Source: an uncultured Methanosarcinales archaeon (GTDB lineage: Archaea; Halobacteriota; Methanosarcinia; Methanotrichales; Methanotrichaceae). Taken from it: 64,000 nt of DNA. Location of the stretch: the NCBI GenBank assembly GCA_963843555.1, contig CAWJKV010000005.1:32001-96000 (forward strand), read 5' to 3'. The translations under genes and the position numbers were made by a program. Below are positions 42,144 to 53,162 of the stretch, one piece after another; position 1 is the stretch's first letter, and every line of letters starts with the position of its first letter. The notes under the pieces were generated by a model. The model was not told where the DNA came from. It searched no databases and saw only the letters and a program-made list of their open reading frames with translations.

Positions 42144-43617
42144 TATCTCCCCATTTTAATAAATTTAATATTACTTGTACTCAGGAAAAGCCGCCTCTGG
42201 CTTTCACCGTCACACGCGCCCAAAGTCTCTTGCAGTTCAAACCCTCGTGCGTCTTTCGCATTCAGGACTATATCGTACTCCCCCGGGTCCAGGAGAGCTG
42301 TAGAGAAGGATCCCTGATAGAAATCCCCGGACTGAACCAGTCTGGCGTAGCCTTCTGCCTCCTTTCCCGATTGAAAGGCGCGTGCAGTTACTTGTGTGAT
42401 CTCGTACTTGGATTTTAACTTTGCTTTTACGGCAATACTGTCGCCCACCCTCGCCTCGGTTGGAGTCAGATCCTGGCTAACAATGCTGATCTGTTTGACC
42501 TGGTTGCCCATAACAGGATATTCATCTAGATGCGCTTCTCGCTTACCTTATAGGGCATATCTCCAAAGCCGTCCTTTCCGATGACGTCCTGGTCAGGCCC
42601 CTGCATCTCGTCGCTGCCCTGGTAGTCGCTCCAGAGGTTGCCGCCCCAGGGATAGTCGGCATTCCAGGTATTCGCTCCCCTATCTTCAGCTTGAATTGCA
42701 TTGTCGGCAATGCTATTTCCGTAGATCTGATTCTTGCTCGAATCCAGGAATATTCCTGTCTGGCTATCTGTAATGTTGTTGTAGATGATTGTGTTGCCGT
42801 CGGAATCGCTTTGAATCTGCATTCCATAACGTCCGTTGCCTTTGATCAGGTTCCCTTTGATGGTATTTTGTCCCGACTCCATGAGAACTATTCCAGAGAC
42901 GACGTTGTCCAGCATGCTGTTGTTGAGGATGAGGTTGTCTGTGCAGTTGAAGCGCAGATCCAGACCGGAGTTGGTGTTTCTGGACATGTCATTGAATTCG
43001 ATGACATTTCGGGCACAATCGGTGAACATGTAGAGCCCGTACATGTTTCCTTGCAGCACATTGCCTCTTATGGTATTATTGCTGCAGGACGGGAAGAGGT
43101 TTATGCCGTAAGCGCCGTTGCCATAAGCAACATTATTCGTGATCTGATTGTCATTGGAATTGGAGAGATATATTCCGTACCAACCCTCGCCTACCACGCC
43201 GTTAAAGCTGGCATTGTTCCCAGTGATGGTGTTGCCGTTAGAGAAGAGCAAGGCTATGCCGGGCTGAGCACAATGGATGACGGTGTTGTTGGCGATGGTG
43301 CAACCCATAACATTATTGAGCTTTATCCCATAAAATCCGTCTCTGACTAGGAAGCCGGATATGCGAACGTCGTTGGCCTCTACGTTTACGCAGGCGTCCC
43401 TATTTCCGGCTCGGATAACCGCACCATTCCCCACCAGGTTCAGGCTCTTTTGTACGGTTATTCTGTCATAATCACCCGGCGCTACCTGGAGAGTATCGCC
43501 AACGGAAGCGGCATCTATCGCAGCTTGCAGATTCGAGCTTACGTCTATCGTGGCACCATCCGCGACGGAAGCTATCAGCAAGGCGGCGCAGAAGATGTAA
43601 AAGACTATGTTTCTCAA
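42143..43617 (-). CDS. Secreted NosD/CASH beta-helix protein with C-terminal Ig-like domain (frameshift near 42530)
   Basis: LQAAIDAA..GDTL.V.PG.Y; Asn-rich repeats; GGNLWSDYQG.D. Confidence 0.85.
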
Positions 43618-43807
43618 GCGACCACCGTCACGAAGAGCAGTGGTGAGGTTAATAAAGCTAACGTAGAGGATTTTCCCCTGCAGTTGGTTAACCGTTTCAT
43701 TTAGAAAATATGGCTCATATGGACCAGAAGATCGCCTAACATAAGCTACATATGAAGGTAAGTCTTTTTATTTGCTGGAATATGGTAGTCTAGCGGAGGA
43801 ATCGAAT

Positions 43808-44380
43808 TTGAGATATTTGTATGCACTTATGGGCATTTTCCTGCTCTGGCCGCAGATGCCGCTGCAGGGAGTTTCAAAGCAGAGATGGATGTGGATACCT
43901 ACGTAAATGCGAATGACGCCAACCAGAGCTATGGCGACAGCGATCTCCTCTGGGCGACTTCCGAAAATGGAACGCCTGTGAATGAGACGTATCTCAGCTT
44001 TGTCAACCTCTTTGGATCGCAGAGCATCTTCAAGGCGGAACAGATCAAGTCTGCTACGCTTACTCTTGATGCAGCCGATGTCGAAAAAGCAGGCGAGGTC
44101 ACAGCTTACTTCTTCCACGGAGCGACATTCGACAATGTAAATTGGAATGACAAATCCGAATACGACAGCAATGTTACATCCACGCCAGTCGAAATAGTAA
44201 AGGAAGGCAGCTATGAACTGGACGTGACCTCCATCATCCAGAAGGCAGTCGAAACCTGCACGGAAGGGTGCCCCTACAGCATAATTCTGGTAGCAGAAGA
44301 CGATGCCTCAATTGCATTCACCTCCAGCGAGGGCATCCGATGAGAATAAGCCAATCCTGGAGTATGTCACTGAAGAGTGA
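43808..44380 (+). CDS. Secreted DNRLRE-like surface domain protein (frameshifts at both ends)
   Basis: DTYVN.....SYG...L, YLSF, IKSATLTL, V.WN, YELDVT.II, F.SSE...NKP.L. Confidence 0.7.
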
Positions 44381-44549
44381 AACCAAAAATAGCCCAATTG
44401 CGGTGCCGCAATAGAGACAATTACTGATAGAAATTGTCTTGAGAAACGAATTGATTGGCCGGAGGATGTTTTACCATTCCCCGGCCAAGAGCCCGCGATC
44501 TTTGAATGGTACCTTCCTTTTATATCTCTTATATTCCATAAGGTGGCTG

Positions 44550-45689
44550 ATGCGCTCTATCCTGCCCACCATGGGAGTCATCGGTCTTATCCTGCTCATA
44601 GCTATAGCTCTGCTATTTTCGAATAGCTTTGCCGCTTCAGGAAAAGATGCGGCAGAGGTCATAATCATCAAGTCTCCAGGATGCACAAAATGCGCGGCTG
44701 CTGACAGAACGCTTGATAAGATAGGGCAAACGGTGCCTCTGAATGTCACCGGTTATTATTATTATTCGGATGAGGGTCATCGCGTCATCAAGCAGTACAA
44801 TGCCAAGGATGTTCCCGCCATCATCATTGGGACCCGGGCCATAAACTACAGGGACTATGAGGGGAACAATTCCAAGCTGGAGCTGCTTATTGTTGAGGCT
44901 CTGGCAAACCAGAGTTCGGGTATCAAACCTGCGATTTCGATACCTGGCAACGAAAGCCAGAACATGAGCAACAAAAATGGCCCCGGCATGGGCGGGCTGG
45001 ATTTGAAGGAGCTCTCCATTTACACTATCTCCGCCGTCCTGGGAGCGGGCCTCGTGGCAGGCTTCAACCCCTGCCTCCTGGGCATTCTGGTCTTCCTGGC
45101 AGCATCCATTCTCTCTACCAGTGGAAAGAGGCGCGAGCTGGTGATGATGGTGGTGTTCTTTTCTCTTGGCATCTTCACCATGTACTTTCTATTTGGCCTG
45201 GGAATGCAGCGACTATTGCAGTCGGAGGCGATAGCCAGTGCCTTCCGCTACTTCTTGACCGTCCTGCTTTTGGTGGCCGGCTTTTCACAGGTTCTGGATG
45301 CGGTGCGGCTGAACCAGGGAAAACCCTCTCTGTTCCGGACGGACTGGGCGCTCAAGTACTTCCAGGCCGGGGTTGACAAACGTCGCTTCAGCTCCTACTT
45401 CCTGATAGGTGCGCTCTTCTCCCTGGTCAAAGCTCCCTGTGTGGGTGCCATCTATCTCGCGATACTGGATCTTATCTCCGCCAGAAGCTACTTTGAGGGT
45501 GCTGCCTATCTCTTCTTTTTCAACCTGGGAGTGATCCTGCCCATCATTGTCGTGGGCAGCATCTTAGCCCTGGGTATGAGCCCGGAGCAGGTGGATAGTT
45601 TCCGCAAAGATCATCGGGTGGGAATGAGGCTTTTCACCGGCCTGATGTTGCTGGCACTGGTACCTCTCATTTACTGGCAGCTAATTTAA
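44550..45689 (+). CDS. Thioredoxin-fold (CTKC) domain fused to a CcdA/DsbD-type transmembrane domain
   Basis: N-terminal anchor; SPGCTKC ... DVPAIII; TM cysteine motifs GFNPCLL and KAPCVGAIY. Confidence 0.85.
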   Translation: MRSILPTMGVIGLILLIAIALLFSNSFAASGKDAAEVIIIKSPGCTKCAAADRTLDKIGQTVPLNVTGYYYYSDEGHRVIKQYNAKDVPAIIIGTRAINYRDYEGNNSKLELLIVEALANQSSGIKPAISIPGNESQNMSNKNGPGMGGLDLKELSIYTISAVLGAGLVAGFNPCLLGILVFLAASILSTSGKRRELVMMVVFFSLGIFTMYFLFGLGMQRLLQSEAIASAFRYFLTVLLLVAGFSQVLDAVRLNQGKPSLFRTDWALKYFQAGVDKRRFSSYFLIGALFSLVKAPCVGAIYLAILDLISARSYFEGAAYLFFFNLGVILPIIVVGSILALGMSPEQVDSFRKDHRVGMRLFTGLMLLALVPLIYWQLI

Positions 45690-45848
45690 TCGTGACTGAG
45701 ACGGATCCAGGGTTACGGACCCGGGATCGCAGAGCCAGGGGTCGGGCAGAACGGCATTAGCGTATCGTAGACCTCAGAGCCAGGCACCAAACGCAGCAAA
45801 AGGATTAAAATAGAGAGATTGCTCACTCGTCTGGCGAGGTGAATCTTT

Positions 45849-47036
45849 TTGTTTTTAGTTGGAGAGGCTCTCATAGGAAAGGAGCCTGAGATAGCTCATA
45901 TCGATCTGATCATCGGAGACAAGGAGGGGCCTGTTGCAACGGCTTTTGCCTCCGGACTCACACAGCTTTCGGCAGGGCACACGCCGCTTTTGGGAGTCAT
46001 CCGGCCGAATCTGCCGCCCAAGCCATCTACTTTAATCGTTCCCAAAGTTACTGTGAAGAACATGGATCAAGCTGCCCAGATCTTCGGACCTGCGCAGCAG
46101 GCCGTGGCCAAGGCGGTGGCTGATTCCGTTGCCGAGGGCATCATTCCCAAGGATAAGGCAGAGGATCTGCTGGTAATAGTATCCGTCTTCATCCATCCCC
46201 AGGCCAGGGATTACGACGCCATCTATCGCTACAATTACGGGGCCACGAAGCTGGCCTTGCAGCGAGCCATGGAGGGCTTCCCGGATATCGATAAAGTTCT
46301 TTACGAGAAGGACCGGTCCACGCATCCCATCATGGGATTCCGCGTTACACGTCTATGGGACCCACCATACTTGCAGGTGGCCTTCGACCTCGTTGACGTC
46401 GCTGAGGTGCGCCGCGTGCTCAATGCGTTGCCTGAGAGCGATCACATACTGATTGAGGTGGGAACGCCCCTGGTGAAGATGCTGGGCATAAGTGTGGTCA
46501 AGGAGATTCGAGCCATCCGGCCGGGTGCCTTTGTCATCCTGGATCTCAAGACTCTGGACACAGGCAATTTGGAAGTGCGTCTGGCTGCGGACTCTACAGC
46601 CGATGCCGTGGTGATCTCAGGTCTCGCGCCCAAGAAGACGCTCGAGCTCTCCATCAATGAGGCCAGGAAGACGGGCATCTACTCCATAATCGATATGCTC
46701 AATGTGCCAGATCCGCTGGCCGTCCTGAAGAGCCTGGACGTCCTGCCGGATGTGGTCGAATTGCACCGGGCCATTGATAACGAGAAGAGCGCTCACGCCT
46801 GGCAGAACATCGGCGAGATTAAGGCCCTGGCCAAAGATGGCCGCAAGCTCCTTGTGGCCGTCGCGGGAGGCATCCGCACGGACACGGAAGGCGCAGCCCT
46901 GGCAGCAGGCGCGGACATACTCGTAGTGGGCAGAGCCATAACCAGATCCCGGGATATTCGCGACATGGCCGAGCAGTTCCTGACGGGCCTGAAGCAGACG
47001 GAGATCGACCAGTACAGGATCATGACCGACTTCTGA
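45849..47036 (+). CDS. fae-hps: Bifunctional formaldehyde-activating enzyme / 3-hexulose-6-phosphate synthase
   Basis: [64 protein letters not shown]. Confidence 0.95.
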   Translation: MFLVGEALIGKEPEIAHIDLIIGDKEGPVATAFASGLTQLSAGHTPLLGVIRPNLPPKPSTLIVPKVTVKNMDQAAQIFGPAQQAVAKAVADSVAEGIIPKDKAEDLLVIVSVFIHPQARDYDAIYRYNYGATKLALQRAMEGFPDIDKVLYEKDRSTHPIMGFRVTRLWDPPYLQVAFDLVDVAEVRRVLNALPESDHILIEVGTPLVKMLGISVVKEIRAIRPGAFVILDLKTLDTGNLEVRLAADSTADAVVISGLAPKKTLELSINEARKTGIYSIIDMLNVPDPLAVLKSLDVLPDVVELHRAIDNEKSAHAWQNIGEIKALAKDGRKLLVAVAGGIRTDTEGAALAAGADILVVGRAITRSRDIRDMAEQFLTGLKQTEIDQYRIMTDF

Positions 47037-47330
47037 TGCTGAAGTTGGATGATCCATTTTCTCTTTTTTTATTGGTACTCTCATTGTTACTGAAGAGAGA
47101 GGACCAGATCTACGAGCAAAAATTTGTGGCGCGGGCCAAGAAGCACTCCTGCGAGGCCCAAAATGAGATCGAGCTTATTGCCCACCACAACCCCCTTCAC
47201 AGCACGAACACGATAAGCAGCAGTGGTCAGGTAAGAGCCGGGATAGCTGGCCAGGACTCTCTTTGAGTGAAGGGTCCTGCAAGCAAAACGCCTGAAAGAT
47301 TTTAATAACTTGGTGATCAAGGCCAGATAG

Positions 47331-48641
47331 ATGATCCGCGCTCTTCTTCTTTTATTGCTATTGCTGCTGCCCGCTAGCGCCCTCGACATCCAGGTGGGGC
47401 CGGAGGCCCGGCCTGATGGCGCAGTGATCGTGGTGGTGGACGGGTTGGGCGCATCCTATGTTTACCCCGAGCATAGCGCCTATGCTCTGGACGGCTCCCC
47501 CTTGGTCAAGGCCGTGCTCTTCAACCTTACCGGCGGCGGGGCTCGGGCTGTGGATGTGAGGGTTCCCGTGCCGGAGACGACGAAGAGCCACAGCGTTCTC
47601 ATCACAGGGAGCTCAGATGCCGATCCGGAGTTCCTCAGCCCCACAGTCTTTGACGCCGCCCGCCAGAAGGGCTACCTCTGCCTCGGCGTTCTGGAGCGGG
47701 GCGATTCCATGCATGTTCTGCAAGAGCTGGATGCCGTTCTCTATCTGGGCGACAATGCTTTGCACGGAGCCGAGCCCACGCCGGGATTCAGAGACGATGT
47801 GCCGGCAGGCCTGCGGGTCCTGTTCCAGGAATGGCGGGATAGATTTGCAGAGTACACCGAACCTGCTGGTCTCCCTGGCTACGCAGGGAACAATGCCTGG
47901 GGGCTGGATGCGGCTGCCGACATCGTCGAGCACCTCCCAGGCCAGCCCTTCATCATGCTGGTCAATGTGGGCGCAGTTGATAGCGCCGGGCAGAACCTCG
48001 GGGCGGACGGTTACTTGCAGACGGCGCAGGCCCTGGACGAGCCGCTGGGAAAATTGGCCGAGGTCTGCCGCAAGAACAACGCCCTACTGGTCATAACTGC
48101 TGACCACGGCATGGTCTTTCCAGATGCAAAGGGCAAGGGCGGCCACTCCGCCGAGAAATACGCGGCAAAGCCTGAGGCCCTGCGCGTGCCCCTGGTCGTT
48201 CTCGGGCGAGGAGTGGAAGAGCTGAACCTGGGCGGCCGCTGGTCGGAGATGGACATCACGCCTACTGTGCTGGATATCCTGAATATATCGTCAAACTTAA
48301 CCAACGAAGGCAGGTCCATGCCCCTTCGCGAGAGCTACGACCTGCGGGTTACGGGCGCGCCCGCGGGCCTGGAGCTCTGGCGCGGTGAAGAGCGGCTGGC
48401 CAATGCCACTGGAGAAGACGAGTACAACTTCCGCGGGCTGGAGCGCGGGCTTTACATGCTCAAGGCGGGCGGGCAGTCCATCCGGGTTTTGGTGAATGGA
48501 GATCAGACCATGGATCTAGCAGGAAAGACGGCAGCGGCACCCAGCGGCGACATGAAGAAGACGATCGGAATCGTACTCATCCTGGCCATAAACCTGGCTG
48601 GATTAGCAATAATTATCAGGATTTGGAAAAGAGGCGAGTGA
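47331..48641 (+). CDS. Membrane-anchored alkaline phosphatase superfamily protein
   Basis: Signal peptide; VVDGLG, PETT.SH...ITG, ITADHG, GGH, VPL, DITPT; C-terminal TM anchor. Confidence 0.8.
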   Translation: MIRALLLLLLLLLPASALDIQVGPEARPDGAVIVVVDGLGASYVYPEHSAYALDGSPLVKAVLFNLTGGGARAVDVRVPVPETTKSHSVLITGSSDADPEFLSPTVFDAARQKGYLCLGVLERGDSMHVLQELDAVLYLGDNALHGAEPTPGFRDDVPAGLRVLFQEWRDRFAEYTEPAGLPGYAGNNAWGLDAAADIVEHLPGQPFIMLVNVGAVDSAGQNLGADGYLQTAQALDEPLGKLAEVCRKNNALLVITADHGMVFPDAKGKGGHSAEKYAAKPEALRVPLVVLGRGVEELNLGGRWSEMDITPTVLDILNISSNLTNEGRSMPLRESYDLRVTGAPAGLELWRGEERLANATGEDEYNFRGLERGLYMLKAGGQSIRVLVNGDQTMDLAGKTAAAPSGDMKKTIGIVLILAINLAGLAIIIRIWKRGE

Positions 48642-49089
48642 TTCCGGCTAACTCTGCGGTACGAATAAAAATCGAGATGCTTTGACCTTATCGACTAGAC
48701 CTTAAGCCAAAGTCGTGGCTACATCCAAACGGTGGAACTCTCGATTAGTCTCCAGTTTGGCCGCCGTCGCTTGGCCGGCCGCGGCCTTGAGCGGCGCCCC
48801 AACCATAGCGCGGGAGGCCAGCAGGCCGACTCGCGGCACCCCAGAAGGATGTGCGGACGTTGTTCCTGCTGGCATCGGATAGATCCCATCTGCAGTTGAA
48901 TGATTTCTAACTTGTCGAAAATTATCCTACTACATCTTTCGATTCCCGCGCGGGTGTTACGCGTTAGGGGTGACGGGGGCCACTCCAGGCCGTGGTGGCC
49001 CCGCCTGACTCCGCGGCCGCGGGGGGACAATCTATGAAGCCTTGCCAATTATCCGTGAACGTGTTTGAGGAGGCCCCAGCCAGGGTGCA

Positions 49090-49456
49090 TATCCTGCGGG
49101 ATCTTCTAAACGTGTCGCTAAACCTCACAGAAGGCAAGCCGATATCCGTTCTCGAGAGCTATGACCTGCGGGTTACGGGCGCGCCCGCAGGCGTGGAGCT
49201 GTGGCGTGGCGAAGTGGAGCTTGCCAACGGCTCCGCTGCCGGGGAGTATAACTTCCTAGGTCTGGAGCGCGGGCTTTACTCGATCAAGTCGGGCGGGATG
49301 TCCTGGCAGGTTCTAGTGAATGGGAACGCGGAGATGGACCTATCAGGGAAGGCGCCATTTAGCAGCGATATGAAGATGATAGGAATCAAACTCATCCTGG
49401 CCATAAACCTGATGGGGGTTTTGGTGATCATAAGAATAATCAGGAAGGAGGAATAG
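49090..49456 (+). pseudogene. Diverged duplicate of the 3' end of the phosphatase-family gene
   Basis: ESYDLRVTGAPAG.ELWRGE..LAN ... EYNF.GLERGLY ... LILAINL matches the product of ~48270-48641. Confidence 0.85.
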
Positions 49457-49548
49457 GCATCCAAAGTCTGAATGGGCGCCCTATTGTTGCCCTGAGTCCA
49501 GTCGTTTCTCCAGGGTTCAAAACTCGGGTTGAGATATTTCATACTTAT

Positions 49549-49574
49549 TATGAACTTCGCATACATTTTCCCAA
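49549..49574 (+). promoter_or_regulatory. Candidate operator upstream of the first amtB
   Basis: TATGAACTTCGCATACATTTTCCCAA, shared with 51388-51413; TATA-like TTATAAAATA at 49581. Confidence 0.55.
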
Positions 49575-49607
49575 ATATGCTTATAAAATATGTATCTGCC
49601 TTGACGC

Positions 49608-50882
49608 TTGGTGGTAACAATTCGTACCTTCTGGTCATTACTTCTGCTAGCTCTGCTGATAGGCACGGCATCTGCAGACGATGGAATGATAAATGCTGCG
49701 GACAACGCCTGGGTTCTGATCAGCGCAGCTCTGGTCTTACTCATGATTCCGGGGGTTGGATTCTTCTACGGGGGGATGGTTCGCAAGAAGAATGCCATCT
49801 CCACGATCATATTCAGCTTTGCCGTCATGAGCATCATAAGCTTGCAGTGGATCTTATACGGCTACACCCTGGCCTTCGGAAAGGACATCTACGGCCTTAT
49901 AGGCAGCCTGGAATTCCTGGGCCTGATGGGTGTGGGCATGGGTGTGAAAGAGGGCCTGACCATCCCTTCGCTCACCTTCATGATCTTCCAGGCCATGTTT
50001 GCCATCATCACCGTGTCTCTGATCACGGGCAGCTATGTAGAGCGCATAAAATTCAGCTCTTTTCTGGTCTTCTCTCTGGCCTGGGCCACTCTGGTCTACG
50101 ATCCTGTAGCCCACTGGGTCTGGGGCGGGGGCTGGCTGCAACAGATGGGCGCACTGGACTTTGCGGGCGGAATTGTGGTGCATATCACCGCAGGCGTCTC
50201 GGCCATGGCGGTGGCACTGGTCATTGGAGCTCGCAAGGGATTCGGAACGGACCCCATGGAGCCGCATAATATCCCCACTACAGTCATGGGCGCGGCCCTG
50301 CTCTGGTTTGGCTGGTTTGGCTTCAACGCGGGCTCGGCCTTGGCCGCGAACGGCATAGCTGCCAATGCCTTTGTAACCACAAATACCGCTGCCGCGGCCG
50401 CGGCGACGACCTGGATGCTTCTCTCCTGGAGACAGAGAGCGCCTTCCGCCCTGGGAATCGTGACCGGCGCCGTTGCTGGTTTGGCCGCGATAACGCCGGC
50501 TGCGGGTTTCGTGACGCCCCTGGCGGCGATTCCTATAGGCATAATGGCTGCCATTGCCGGATACTATGCCATCATCCTGGTTCGAGGCAGCAAGAAGGTC
50601 GACGACTCTCTGGACGTCCTGGCCTGCCACGGCATCGGCAGCACCTGGGGCGTCCTGGCCACAGGCATCTTTGCAACCATCGGGGCGACCGGCCTCCTGG
50701 CCGGCAACCCCCATCAGGTCATGGTGCAGGTCGTAGCCATTGGAGCTGTCTGGGGCTACTCCTTCCTGGTCACCTTCGGCCTCGCCAAGCTCATTGATGC
50801 CTTAATGGGTCTGCGCGTTCGGGATGAGGAAGAGTCTGTGGGTCTGGACATCAGCCAGCATGGCGAAGGCGCCTACATGTGA
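49608..50882 (+). CDS. amtB: Ammonium transporter (with signal-peptide-like leader)
   Basis: [56 protein letters not shown]. Confidence 0.96.
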   Translation: MVVTIRTFWSLLLLALLIGTASADDGMINAADNAWVLISAALVLLMIPGVGFFYGGMVRKKNAISTIIFSFAVMSIISLQWILYGYTLAFGKDIYGLIGSLEFLGLMGVGMGVKEGLTIPSLTFMIFQAMFAIITVSLITGSYVERIKFSSFLVFSLAWATLVYDPVAHWVWGGGWLQQMGALDFAGGIVVHITAGVSAMAVALVIGARKGFGTDPMEPHNIPTTVMGAALLWFGWFGFNAGSALAANGIAANAFVTTNTAAAAAATTWMLLSWRQRAPSALGIVTGAVAGLAAITPAAGFVTPLAAIPIGIMAAIAGYYAIILVRGSKKVDDSLDVLACHGIGSTWGVLATGIFATIGATGLLAGNPHQVMVQVVAIGAVWGYSFLVTFGLAKLIDALMGLRVRDEEESVGLDISQHGEGAYM

Positions 50883-50900
50883 AGGATGTGAGGAGTCAAG

Positions 50901-51239
50901 ATGAAGAAGATTGAAGCCATAATCCGGCCCGAGAAGCTCCACCTGCTGCGCGATAAGCTGGACAAGAAGGGCTTTTCAGGCATGACAGTGACAGAGGTCA
51001 AAGGCCGGGGAAAGCAGAAGGGCATCACGCTGCAGTGGAGGGCCGGAGACTACAAAGTGGAGTTCCTGCAGAAGATAAAGCTGGAGATGGTGGTAGAGGA
51101 TAAAGACGCGGAGGACGTCATCGATGTGATCTGCGATGTAGCCCAGACGGGGGAAGCCGGGGACGGCAAGATCTTCGTCTATCCTGTGGAGGACGTGGTG
51201 CGGGTGAGGACGAAGGAGCGGGGGTGCGGAGCGGTTTGA
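50901..51239 (+). CDS. glnK: PII nitrogen regulatory protein
   Basis: [38 protein letters not shown]. Confidence 0.95.
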   Translation: MKKIEAIIRPEKLHLLRDKLDKKGFSGMTVTEVKGRGKQKGITLQWRAGDYKVEFLQKIKLEMVVEDKDAEDVIDVICDVAQTGEAGDGKIFVYPVEDVVRVRTKERGCGAV

Positions 51240-51387
51240 CGCCAGCTCAAGCGTTTCCTTTTTTTTAGCTCCTCCGACTTCAGAGGTTCTGATTTAGAAA
51301 ACCTATTGAAGGCAAACAGTTTCTAAGTCCCCCCGGAGCTCTATGCTTCCCATCCCATATAGCTCCTAACCAAAAGCTATGAACGGT

Positions 51388-51413
51388 TATGAACTTTTCA
51401 TATCTCTTCCCAA
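51388..51413 (+). promoter_or_regulatory. Candidate operator upstream of the second amtB
   Basis: Perfect palindrome TATGAA-CTT-TTCATA followed by TCTCTTCCCAA. Confidence 0.55.
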
Positions 51414-51555
51414 TTTATATCAAATACTCTTTTAAATACTCCTGCCCAGGTTCCATCCAGCAAATCCTGGACCCGAGATCCCTAGAGTGGTCCGGAGAGT
51501 CAAATCAATAAACTGAATATCTTTCGCATTCATATAACATTTAAGGTGATGCAGT

Positions 51556-52764
51556 TTGCCAATAAATACTGGAGACACAGCATGGGTTCTGGCGGCAACA
51601 GCGATGGTAATGCTGATGACGCCGGGCGTTGGTTTGTTCTACGGCGGCCTGGTCCGCAGCAAGACCGTCGTCTCGATGATAGGTCTCTCTTTCCTGGCTT
51701 TCGCCATAGCCAGCATCCAGTGGGTCCTCTTCGGCTACAGCCTCTCTTTCGGCTCGGATATTTCCGGTGTCATAGGCGGCCTGAACTATATGGCGCTAAA
51801 CGGCATTGGCCTTGGCGAGGCGCCTCTGGCGAGCAACATACCGCATCTGCTCTACGTGGCCTTTCAGCTGGTCTTCGCAGCCGTTACTCTGGCCATCCTG
51901 ACCTCTGCCGTGGCGGAACGGGTCAAGCTCAGCTCCTTCATCGTGCTGGCCGTTCTCTGGACCACCCTGGTCTATGACCCTCTGGCTCACTGGGTCTGGG
52001 CAGGCGGCTGGATGGCTCAGATGGGAGCCCTGGACTTTGCCGGCGGAACGGTGGTGCACATCAGCTCCGGGTTCTCGGCCCTGGCCATAGCTCTGGTCAT
52101 AGGAAAAAGAATGGGTTTCGGATCCTATGTCATGGAACCCCATAACATCCCCCTGGCCATGATCGGCGCTGGTCTGCTCTGGTTCGGCTGGTTTGGATTC
52201 AATGCCGGCTCCGCCCTGGGCGCCAACGGCCTGGCCGCTTCCGCCCTGCTGGTCACCAACACCTCTGCGGCTGCCGGTGCTCTGACCTGGCTCTTCGCCA
52301 GCTGGTTCAAAGGAAAGCCCAGTGCTCTGGGAATGGTGAGCGGAGGTATAGCCGGTCTGGTGGCCATAACGCCTGCTGCGGGCTATGTTGATATCGCTGG
52401 CGCCGTCGTCATCGGCGCGGTGGCCGGTGTTGTTTGCTACATGGCGCTCCTCTTCCGCGTCCGTCGGGGCCTGGATGAGAGCTGCGACGCCTGGGCAGTG
52501 CACGGCATGGGCGGCCTGTGGGGCGCTATAGCCACAGGCATCTTTGCTACGGCCTCGGTCAACAGCTACACCGGCTTGCTCTCTGGCAATGTTCATCAGT
52601 TCACTGTGCAGATCATGGCGGCGGGTGCATCTGTGATCTATGCCTTCGTGATGACGTTTGTCCTGGCCAAGATCGTGGACTCTCTCATGGGCTTGAGGGT
52701 CACTGAGGACGAGGAATACGTGGGCCTGGATATATCCCAGCATGGCGAGAAAGCTTATGCCTGA
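51556..52764 (+). CDS. amtB: Ammonium transporter
   Basis: [51 protein letters not shown]. Confidence 0.96.
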   Translation: MPINTGDTAWVLAATAMVMLMTPGVGLFYGGLVRSKTVVSMIGLSFLAFAIASIQWVLFGYSLSFGSDISGVIGGLNYMALNGIGLGEAPLASNIPHLLYVAFQLVFAAVTLAILTSAVAERVKLSSFIVLAVLWTTLVYDPLAHWVWAGGWMAQMGALDFAGGTVVHISSGFSALAIALVIGKRMGFGSYVMEPHNIPLAMIGAGLLWFGWFGFNAGSALGANGLAASALLVTNTSAAAGALTWLFASWFKGKPSALGMVSGGIAGLVAITPAAGYVDIAGAVVIGAVAGVVCYMALLFRVRRGLDESCDAWAVHGMGGLWGAIATGIFATASVNSYTGLLSGNVHQFTVQIMAAGASVIYAFVMTFVLAKIVDSLMGLRVTEDEEYVGLDISQHGEKAYA

Positions 52765-53109
<345 letters not shown>

Positions 53110-53162
53110 TTCCTCTTTTTTGATCAAGACGAAAAGGTAAATAGCTTTATTTCAACTAGTTA

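Noticed and set aside
47036..47330. ORF 47036-47266 after fae-hps
   Set aside because: It runs through the T-rich terminator-like tract and has no recognisable motif; it may be a gene remnant but is unsupported.
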